Source: an uncultured Desulfurococcaceae archaeon
GTDB lineage: Archaea > Thermoproteota > Thermoprotei_A > Sulfolobales > NBVN01
Direction: 5' to 3'
NCBI GenBank assembly: GCA_964627805.1
Contig: CAZVLA010000030.1
Location: 10,794-74,793, forward strand
Length of the DNA: 64,000 nt
Under the pieces are notes generated by a model. The model had not been told where the DNA came from. It saw only the letters and a list, made by a program, of their open reading frames with translations, and searched no databases. Made by a program: the position numbers and the translations under genes. Shown here in pieces: positions 57,035 through 64,000 of the stretch (the stretch's first letter is position 1; every line of letters begins with the position of its first letter).

Positions 57035-58282
57035 TCAACCTCCAAGCATCTTCTTAACTTCATCAAGTATCCTCCTAGCTACCTCACTTTTTAGTGTCTT
57101 ACTAACCTTTACTACTTCACCATCCCTATGTATTATATATACTTCATTATAGTCTGAAGCAAACCCTATATCGGTTCTACTTACGTCATTAGCAACTATA
57201 ATGTCAAACAATCGCTCCTTCATTTTCTTAATAGCGTTACTTACTAGTAATTCCTCACTACCCTCTGCATACTCGGCGCTAAACCCTACAACTAAGCCCT
57301 TAAAGTAATTACGGATGATTAAGGAAATCTTAGGTGTTGCTACTAATTCAATACTTAACGGCGCGTCAGAAGCACTTAACCTACCACTAAATACCTTAGA
57401 GAATTTAAAGTCAGTAGGTGCTGCAGCCAATATAACTGCGTCATATTCCTTAGATCTAACCTCAGAAACTACTGCCTCAGCCATTTCCTCTGTAGTGGAT
57501 ACGTTGATTGACTTAATGTAATGAGGTACTGAGTCACCTGTTATGAAGCCGTGAATTAAGGTAACTTCGGCACCCCTAAAGTAGGCCTCCCTAGCTATTG
57601 CTAGACCCATCTTACCAGTACTCGGATTCGTTAAGAACCTAACCCTATCTAGCCACTCCCTCGTAGCTCCAGCAGTTACTAGTATCCTTAAGCCACTTAA
57701 GTCCCTACCCCTCAACGTAACGGCCTCTACAGCAGCTACAACGTCATTTATGCCCGCTATCTTAGCCTTACCTTCGGAAATTACCGGGGGTACGACAGTA
57801 ATCCCTAACTCACTTAATGATTGGTACAGTTTTAGCTTCTCGTATGTATGCCATAAGTTGTAGTGCATGGCAGGTACTATAATTACTGGCTTACCGTTAC
57901 CTAACATAGCCATAGCTACTAGCGTTACTGTAGTATCTCCGATACCGTTAACTACCTTAGAGATAGTATTCAGTGTTGCAGGACATATAAGCATTGAGGA
58001 AGCCTCCCTACTAAGGGCTATGTGACCTACCTCACCCGAAAATTCAGTAAATACCTCCTCACCAGTAGCCCACCTAAAAAGTTCAGGAGATACTAGTTTG
58101 GCGGCCTCCCTACTCAGTACGGGGATAACCCTCGCTCCTCTGCGTATTAATTCCCTAGCGACATCTATGGATCTGTAAATAGCTGATGACCCAGTAAGTC
58201 CTAGGACTATAGTACATCCACTAAGTACCCTACCCTTTAATCCCCTAATTTCGTTTGCTGGGTGGTAGTTACTAATACGCAC
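57035..58282 (-). CDS. coaBC: bifunctional phosphopantothenoylcysteine decarboxylase/synthetase
   Basis: N-terminal flavoprotein LGLTGSSAIYRS...PAMHYNLW and C-terminal VTAGATREWLDRVRFLTNPSTGKMG. Confidence 0.88.
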   Translation of the reverse strand: MRISNYHPANEIRGLKGRVLSGCTIVLGLTGSSAIYRSIDVARELIRRGARVIPVLSREAAKLVSPELFRWATGEEVFTEFSGEVGHIALSREASSMLICPATLNTISKVVNGIGDTTVTLVAMAMLGNGKPVIIVPAMHYNLWHTYEKLKLYQSLSELGITVVPPVISEGKAKIAGINDVVAAVEAVTLRGRDLSGLRILVTAGATREWLDRVRFLTNPSTGKMGLAIAREAYFRGAEVTLIHGFITGDSVPHYIKSINVSTTEEMAEAVVSEVRSKEYDAVILAAAPTDFKFSKVFSGRLSASDAPLSIELVATPKISLIIRNYFKGLVVGFSAEYAEGSEELLVSNAIKKMKERLFDIIVANDVSRTDIGFASDYNEVYIIHRDGEVVKVSKTLKSEVARRILDEVKKMLGG

Positions 58283-58344
58283 AAGTAGCGCACCTTCAAC
58301 GTAAACTTAAAAGAAGAAGTTAATAAGTAACTTCGGCGTCCAGC

Positions 58345-58830
58345 GTGTCCACCGAACCTAAGTACATTATTAGGGAGGCCCGCGAGGAGGACCTAGATGA
58401 CGTAATAAACATTAACTTAATATCGCTTAAGGAGCATTACCCTAGGGGATTCTGGGAAGATCACTTAAGAACTTGGGGTAGGGCATTTCTAGTTGCCGAG
58501 TCATCCTCAAAGATCGTTGGGTACATCATGTGTAGAGTCGAGAGCGGTTTCTGCTTCTTGAGAAGGGGGTGGTGCAGGCTAGGACACATAATAAGCATAG
58601 CAGTACTTCCCGAATTTAGAAGGAGAGGTATTGGTAGGTCATTAATGAATGAGGCATTAAGGAGACTTAAGGAAATCTACAAGGTTAAGGAGGTATACCT
58701 TGAGGTTAGAGTAAGCAATTACCCCGCAATAAGCCTTTATGAGAAGTTAGGATTTAAGAAGGTTAAGATACTTAGGTATTACTACTTAGATGGCGAGGAT
58801 GCCTACTTAATGGCTAAGGAAGTAACCTAA
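58345..58830 (+). CDS. GNAT N-acetyltransferase (RimI/Ard1-like)
   Basis: RRRGIGRSLM acetyl-CoA loop and ...ISLYEKLGF; GTG start. Confidence 0.8.
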   Translation: MSTEPKYIIREAREEDLDDVININLISLKEHYPRGFWEDHLRTWGRAFLVAESSSKIVGYIMCRVESGFCFLRRGWCRLGHIISIAVLPEFRRRGIGRSLMNEALRRLKEIYKVKEVYLEVRVSNYPAISLYEKLGFKKVKILRYYYLDGEDAYLMAKEVT

Positions 58831-59434
58831 TGTACCTAATTACTAACTCCTTAGACTTACTGACATCGATAATTATGCACCAACCATTATAACTACCGCT
58901 TAGTCCGATAATGAGTGAATCACTGTTTAATAGTTTAACGAAGTTACTACTTACATGCGTACATAACGTAGCTAAGGCAGAACTACACATAGTAAGTAAC
59001 TCCTTAACTCCGGCATTAAGCAACCTATACTTTAGCCCTATGCTTAGCTGATTTATCGGAGGGTAATGCGTGATGATTAATAAGTTAGTTACCTTAGTGT
59101 TACTTAATTCCTTAGTGACCTTCTTTAAGTCCTGCATGAAGTCGATACCACCGATGCACGCTATACTTAATTCCCTGAACTCACGTATGTTACCACTACA
59201 TAGTATGCCTAAGTCCCTACTAATTTTGGTTATCGCTACGTCGTCTTCATCACCGGGAACCACAATCACTTCTCTACCCCTGAGTAATCGGGAAAGTACC
59301 GAGGGGTCAGGCGTGTAATCACCTCCTAGTACCATTAAGTCGCCTCCTAACTTACCTACTAACTTACTAAGGAACCTAATCGTTAGGTATTCAATAGGGT
59401 ATAGCCTAGCAACATAGATAATCCTCAAGGTCAC
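58814..59434 (-). CDS. metallophosphoesterase-like protein (degenerate motifs)
   Basis: VLGGDY, VVPGDEDD and ITHYPP resemble calcineurin-like motifs II to IV. Motif I was not recognised. Confidence 0.4.
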   Translation of the reverse strand: MTLRIIYVARLYPIEYLTIRFLSKLVGKLGGDLMVLGGDYTPDPSVLSRLLRGREVIVVPGDEDDVAITKISRDLGILCSGNIREFRELSIACIGGIDFMQDLKKVTKELSNTKVTNLLIITHYPPINQLSIGLKYRLLNAGVKELLTMCSSALATLCTHVSSNFVKLLNSDSLIIGLSGSYNGWCIIIDVSKSKELVIRYIRLLP

Positions 59435-60339
59435 TCACCCAGCTCAATCGACGTTAATGCGAGAGCTAATGAGCAAGCCAGAATGTCTGCTACTGAGCCT
59501 AAGTTAATGCATTTACTCCTTAACCAGCTTGAATACTTAGGAGATATTAACCCGTGATTGAAGTACCTCATTAAGTACTTAATAATTAAAGCGTAGCTAT
59601 ATCCCCTACTCCTAAGCACTACGGAGTCAATTACGTTACTTGATAGCCTAAGGAATGCATCAAGTAAGACCTTCTGTAAAGGTGAATTACCTAATGTATT
59701 GAGTAGGTACTTACTTAACTCTGTAGTTCGGGGGTAGTCGTGGTATAGCTCATACATTATGATATCCAAGTACCTTGAACTACCTATTAAGTCAATTAAT
59801 GAAGTATCACCATTACCAACACAGAGATTAATGTCAGGAATTTTCCCATAGACCTTACCTAGGTACGATGGTCTAACCATAATTAATGCCTTACATAGAT
59901 CACTTGAGGATTCACTACTTAGGTGTTTCTTAACCCTTAATGAGTATATCCTAACCACAGTAATCGGTAATTCCTTGGGTTTAAACACTTCGTTATCCTT
60001 AATTAAATAGCCTACTGAGTAAGCTAATGGTATTGAGAGAATTAAGTAACCTAAGGCAGTATTAGTGCTAATTAACTTAAAATCAACAATCTCACTAATA
60101 GTGCTTAACACGTACCTACCCATACGTAGAGGCTTACCAGTGACGGCGTCATTAATTAAGTTGATGTAAGTAGGTGTTAACAGTGTTGATGTCAGTATGA
60201 ATTTCTCTAAACTTAATCCCTTTAACCCACTACTACCAGAAACCGTTGTTGGTTTACCCTCTACACTAGCTTCTAACGCGATCGCGGCAGCGAAGATTGA
60301 CGCTATCTTCAGTACTATATCATCACTGTAACTCAGCAA
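59431..60339 (-). CDS. CitG/MdcB-like protein (triphosphoribosyl-dephospho-CoA synthase family, divergent)
   Basis: AIALEASVEGKPTTV aligns with ALxxExxxTPKPGLV, and TNTALGYLILSIPLA aligns with NTHKGAIFSLGLL. The GxHxDM motif is not conserved. Confidence 0.45.
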   Translation of the reverse strand: MLSYSDDIVLKIASIFAAAIALEASVEGKPTTVSGSSGLKGLSLEKFILTSTLLTPTYINLINDAVTGKPLRMGRYVLSTISEIVDFKLISTNTALGYLILSIPLAYSVGYLIKDNEVFKPKELPITVVRIYSLRVKKHLSSESSSDLCKALIMVRPSYLGKVYGKIPDINLCVGNGDTSLIDLIGSSRYLDIIMYELYHDYPRTTELSKYLLNTLGNSPLQKVLLDAFLRLSSNVIDSVVLRSRGYSYALIIKYLMRYFNHGLISPKYSSWLRSKCINLGSVADILACSLALALTSIELGE

Positions 60340-61052
60340 ATCTCACCAGGATTAACGTACTTCACAACGTAAATTTTCTCTACCTCCTTCTCAAGTACGT
60401 GCCTCCACCTATTACCTACAGCAAGTATCGAGAATATACCTATAGGTACGGCATTAGCCATTCTAATTAACTTAATCAGGGCTAAGCTTGTCCTACCCGT
60501 ACTCAGAAGGTCATCAACTATTAATACCCTATCATTACTGCTTAAGTCAGATACAGGTAGGAATAGGTTAATTATTGCTGGTGGGTCACGAGCTATGTAG
60601 CTGGTTTGGTAGTAATTCTTAATACCTACGTCAGGTCTCTTACGGGCAATTACTAACTTAGCATCTAAAGCATCAGCTACATTAACAGCTATTGGTATGC
60701 CGTCAGTTTCGACCGTAGCGACCGCGGTTATGTTATACTCCTTAAACTCACGGTAAGCTATGTAGGAGAATATCTTAAGTATACTTACGTTGTAGATTAT
60801 CTTAGAGATATTGAATATATTACCGTCAACAGTTATTATGTTATTCTCAAATATCCTATTAATTACTGAAGGAGCTGTTAACTTCTCAATAAGTTCCTGA
60901 GCTCTTTCGGGACTAGGTATTATCTTCATATTAATGTATCTCCAAAGAGCGGGTGCGGGTAAGCCCGTTATAGCCTCAAGATCCCTATACTTAAATATCT
61001 TCTTATACGACCTTAAGAGCTCAATGGCAAACATCCTAATATCAGCTAACAC
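60333..61052 (-). CDS. HTH plus phosphoribosyltransferase-domain protein (PyrE-like/GfcR-type, COG0856)
   Basis: N-terminal HTH (YRDLEAITGLPAPALWRYI) and the PRPP loop VLIVDDLLSTGRT. Confidence 0.7.
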   Translation of the reverse strand: MLADIRMFAIELLRSYKKIFKYRDLEAITGLPAPALWRYINMKIIPSPERAQELIEKLTAPSVINRIFENNIITVDGNIFNISKIIYNVSILKIFSYIAYREFKEYNITAVATVETDGIPIAVNVADALDAKLVIARKRPDVGIKNYYQTSYIARDPPAIINLFLPVSDLSSNDRVLIVDDLLSTGRTSLALIKLIRMANAVPIGIFSILAVGNRWRHVLEKEVEKIYVVKYVNPGEIC

Positions 61053-61182
61053 TTACGTGCTCACCTAAGGAAAAATGTAGCTCAGCCTTAATAAGTCTTT
61101 TAATTAGGGCGTTATAACAAATAACAATAAAGCATTCTGGATGTCATTGATTTATACACTATGAATTTACCACATTATTATG

Positions 61183-61503
61183 TTAATGTTTTATTAAAGT
61201 AGACGCAGCAACTTTTTCAAGGAACCTTGCATCAGCTATATCATAAGCTAACTTATCTGCAATCCTATCTATTATTTCATATAAGTCACTCCTCAAGCTG
61301 ATTTTATCATTCAGCACTATTATGTAAGGCTCATCACCTTCATTTAATCTATCAATAATTAAGTTAACTCTAACCCCTACTTCATCTCTAAAGTAGGTAG
61401 CTATTTGCCAAAGCTTCTTAACGAATAAATCATTATTAGCTCCTGGTAACTTAGCTACAAGTGTAATGTCCTTTGAAACACCCATAACTCTACACCTAAG
61501 CAC
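61183..61503 (-). CDS. hypothetical small alpha/beta protein (paralogue-like of 46523-46855)
   Basis: 106-aa ORF. KKLWQIATYF...PYIIVLNDKISLRSDLYEIIDRI parallels the other ORF. Confidence 0.4.
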   Translation of the reverse strand: MLRCRVMGVSKDITLVAKLPGANNDLFVKKLWQIATYFRDEVGVRVNLIIDRLNEGDEPYIIVLNDKISLRSDLYEIIDRIADKLAYDIADARFLEKVAASTLIKH

Positions 61504-61614
61504 CAGTTAGTGTCTTCATTAGTTTAAAAGTATTGTATTGCTTCAAGGAGTCTTACCATCTAATCAAAACAGTAGGCTTATATACATAAGCGTAGATAAT
61601 ATATATTATACGGG

Positions 61615-62076
61615 GTGGCGGACGTGATACGTATATTTGGAAATAATAAGAGGCGTAAGGAGGACGAGGAGCTCAAGGTTGTTTATGAGGACGAGGACGT
61701 GGTAGTCATTAGGGCGCCAGACGATAAAGAATTGGAGAGGTTAGTAATAAATATTATCCGTAGGAAGGGAAGACCAGTAACATGGCGTGAACTTAGGAGA
61801 GAGTTAAGTGGGTTAGCTGGTGAGGATAGGTTAAGGAAGGTACTGATAGACCTCATAGAGAGAGATGAGATCGTAGAGATGATTGATGGGTCATTCGGAT
61901 TAAGGGGTATGGAAGCTACCTACATACCTAGAAGGCTAAAGAAGAGAGTAAGGCCGTTAGTACCAACTAAGTTCAGAGTTAGGTGGGGCCCAATAATTGA
62001 AGCTACTGGCAGTATATCAGCGGCTATTCAGTACCTAAGGGAGGTTAAGTTAAAGGAGAGGCACCCAATGAACTAG
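61615..62076 (+). CDS. hypothetical winged-helix-like protein
   Basis: GTG start. IIRRKGRPVTWRELRRELSGLAGEDRLRKVLIDLIERDEIV looks like a wHTH. Confidence 0.45.
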   Translation: MADVIRIFGNNKRRKEDEELKVVYEDEDVVVIRAPDDKELERLVINIIRRKGRPVTWRELRRELSGLAGEDRLRKVLIDLIERDEIVEMIDGSFGLRGMEATYIPRRLKKRVRPLVPTKFRVRWGPIIEATGSISAAIQYLREVKLKERHPMN

Positions 62077-62168
62077 ATTAGATGCAGTACCGATAGTGCC
62101 GAGATGTAAGGAGTAAAACTTACAAAATAACTACTTTTTAATTCAATACATACATAGTCACTTACCAG

Positions 62169-62336
62169 GTGATTACCTTGGATCAGTGTGAAGTAGTTAA
62201 GGCTAAAAGGGTCGGCAGGAGTGTTTTCGTCTATAATGATAAGGGGATTAGGGCTTTCATACCGCTTGAAAAAATATGTGAAGCTGCTAAGAGGTTTGGG
62301 CTATGCATCGAATCTAATGATGTTAAGTGTGATTAG
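62169..62336 (+). CDS. hypothetical 55-aa protein with 4 Cys
   Basis: Absent from the ORF track. GTG start lies inside GGTGA, and the TATA-like CTTTTTAATT lies about 30 nt upstream. It fills an otherwise empty 262-bp gap. Confidence 0.35.
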   Translation: MITLDQCEVVKAKRVGRSVFVYNDKGIRAFIPLEKICEAAKRFGLCIESNDVKCD

Positions 62337-62338
62337 GG

Positions 62339-63199
62339 TTAAGTCTTTAGTGAATCATATAGTCTCTTAATCTTAAGCGCATCCTCCTCAAGGTTAGGTG
62401 ATTCGCATATAAGTACGCCCTTAATCCTAAACTCCTTTAAAACCCTCACTAATTCTTCCCAATTAAACGACGACTCATTAAGATTTAGATGCCTCTTCTC
62501 ACCTCTTCTACCGAACTCCATACCCGAAACGTGAATGTGCATGTTATCTAAGGCCTCCCTCCCTAGCCTCTCCTCAATAATCTCAAGTACTCTCCTGTAG
62601 TGCTCGTAGGTGTTGTACTCGCCTAAAGTCCTAGCGTATAGGTGCGCGAAATCAATGCATGGGGCAGCCATCTCAACACCGTCAACTATCTCCAGTATTT
62701 CCTCTAAAGCACCGACCTCAGCTAATCCACCCATAACCTCAGGCCTAACCCATATCCTAATACCGGAGTTTATGAGTTGTTTAGTAATTTCTATTAGGTA
62801 CTTACGGACACGAGCTACAGCTTCCTCAGACTTTAACTTGCCATAGTATCCGGGATGGAAAGTTACTGACCAAGCACCAGCTAAGTAACCTATCCTGGCA
62901 CTATCTAATATCCTCTTAATAGATGCCTTCACCTTAGACTCATCATTAGATAATAAGTTTATGTAATACGGTGCGTGAACCGTGAGTACGACACCATACT
63001 CTAAAGCAACTTCACGCGTCTTCTGAGCTAATGAGGGACTCATTCGAATACCCCTAACGAACTCAATCTCCATAGCATCAAGACCTAACTCAGCAACTCT
63101 CTTAACACCTTCTGGCGTAGTCTTTTTAGGCGTACTGTGAGGTACTCCAGCAGTACCTATGTGTAACTTACTTAATCTTCTAAGCATCTCCGGCACCAA
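62339..63199 (-). CDS. nfo: endonuclease IV-type AP endonuclease (xylose-isomerase-like TIM barrel)
   Basis: HAPYYINLLS, TFHPGY, CIDFAHLYA and HIHVSG...GEKRHLNL metal-ligand motifs. Confidence 0.8.
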   Translation of the reverse strand: MVPEMLRRLSKLHIGTAGVPHSTPKKTTPEGVKRVAELGLDAMEIEFVRGIRMSPSLAQKTREVALEYGVVLTVHAPYYINLLSNDESKVKASIKRILDSARIGYLAGAWSVTFHPGYYGKLKSEEAVARVRKYLIEITKQLINSGIRIWVRPEVMGGLAEVGALEEILEIVDGVEMAAPCIDFAHLYARTLGEYNTYEHYRRVLEIIEERLGREALDNMHIHVSGMEFGRRGEKRHLNLNESSFNWEELVRVLKEFRIKGVLICESPNLEEDALKIKRLYDSLKT

Positions 63200-63404
63200 A
63201 CCTATCTATGCACGGTAGTACTAAAGATTAGTTAGGTGTATTAATGATTACGTAAGTACGTTGTTTTAAATTCCTAAACCCCCTTTATGAGGGATGGGGA
63301 GTAGGTACTCATTCAATAATGAATGCATTAAGTGCAGAGGTACTAAGTACTTATGTGGTTTAACTTACTGTCCATTATTGATAGAGGTCAAGGCATCACT
63401 TAGT

Positions 63405-64000
63405 ATGGGTACATACTTCAAGGGAAGATCATTAGATGGCGCATCACCTCCATCAGTCTATATTGGGTGGAGAAACTACCCCAGAGTTACTGTCTCATTA
63501 GTCTCACCACCATTTAGGGGTAATACATCAAACCTCGACTTACCTGAGTCTTGGCTAGATATGAGGTTAGAGGACCTAATTGGCATGAGATTAAGCTTAG
63601 TAAGAGCAGCTACTTCCTTAAGTACCTACGTCACGGATATTCAGAGTAGATCTATTGAGTTAGTAATAGATGTGGCTCTCTCTGAGAAACCCGTAGATGT
63701 TTCAGTGGTATTTAGTAAGCCACCACGAAGTGAGGTTCTATTCGACCCTTATATACCGCCAATGGGCCCAGTAGGTGTCGCTAAGGAAGTGAACGTAGGT
63801 AATACACGTTACGGTAGGCACGTCGAGAAGGTATTTAATGATACGGACCTTAAGGCATCAAACGCTATCATATACCTTTATACATCAGGAGTACCTGTCT
63901 CTAGAATAGCTAGAGTATTAAGTGTGGGTGCTTTAGGCTTAGGTAAGTCTAGGAAGTTAGTACCTACTAGGTGGGCAATAACAGCTACTGATAAGGTAAT
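63405..64000 (+). CDS. nreA: NreA-like DNA repair protein (Nre N-terminal/DUF650 type), 3' end outside window
   Basis: ASPPSVYIGWRNYPRV...LVPTRWAITATD matches the Nre family. The first canonical in-frame start is TTG 63378 or ATG 63405. The same frame is open from 63255 and encodes a CxxC...C....C finger upstream. Confidence 0.7.
   Translation, partial: MGTYFKGRSLDGASPPSVYIGWRNYPRVTVSLVSPPFRGNTSNLDLPESWLDMRLEDLIGMRLSLVRAATSLSTYVTDIQSRSIELVIDVALSEKPVDVSVVFSKPPRSEVLFDPYIPPMGPVGVAKEVNVGNTRYGRHVEKVFNDTDLKASNAIIYLYTSGVPVSRIARVLSVGALGLGKSRKLVPTRWAITATDKV

Noticed and set aside
61078-61089. GTAGCTCAGCCT, identical to the D-arm region of tRNA-Ala, considered as a tRNA fragment or integration scar
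   Set aside because: Only 12 nt match, with no flanking tRNA-like structure. A chance match of this length to a 77-nt query is roughly as likely as not in 128 kb of two-strand sequence.

Overview
This is a 64-kb piece of an archaeal chromosome of crenarchaeal type. It looks about 40% GC by eye and uses TTA/AGG/AGA-rich codons. A Thermoproteales-like origin is my guess only. The window is almost entirely coding, with about 85 genes, mostly information-processing and core metabolism. These include ribosomal proteins (S24e, S27ae, S15, S3Ae, L15e, S6e, L37e), KEOPS (Kae1, Bud32 and a Pcc1-like ORF), a RecJ/Cdc45-like protein, RNase P subunits Rpp30 and Pop5, a NOL1/NOP2/Sun methyltransferase and glycerol-1-phosphate dehydrogenase. 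Also present are proteasome beta, aCPSF1, Sm, Orc1/Cdc6, TBP, a split-orientation peptide-type ABC importer, and the HMG-CoA synthase/thiolase/DUF35 operon. Further genes are Hsp20, ZPR1, AglB, an ABC-2 exporter, a five-gene archaeal CoA-biosynthesis cluster (panE, panB, PPS, PoK, coaBC), Nfo and a partial NreA. RNA genes are tRNA-Ala(GGC), an intron-containing tRNA-Leu(UAG), and five candidate C/D-box sRNAs found by eye in the few intergenic gaps. I see no transposase, integrase, CRISPR array, cas genes or recognisable defence system, so I cannot point to a clear novel multi-gene system. The observations most worth a second look are below.
- The thiolase-fold subunit of the mevalonate-entry operon lacks both catalytic cysteines.
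- A C/D sRNA candidate lies 50 nt downstream of tRNA-Leu, and its D' guide is perfectly complementary to nucleotides 3-12 of that tRNA.
- A 121-bp stretch is identical at the 3' ends of the two ABC ATPase genes.
- A CitG-like / PRTase-HTH / phosphoesterase operon abuts the CoA cluster.
- The solute-binding protein carries a roughly 150-residue Ser-rich helical stalk.
- The NreA zinc finger has no in-frame start codon.
All family calls rest on motifs recalled from memory, because no searches were possible.
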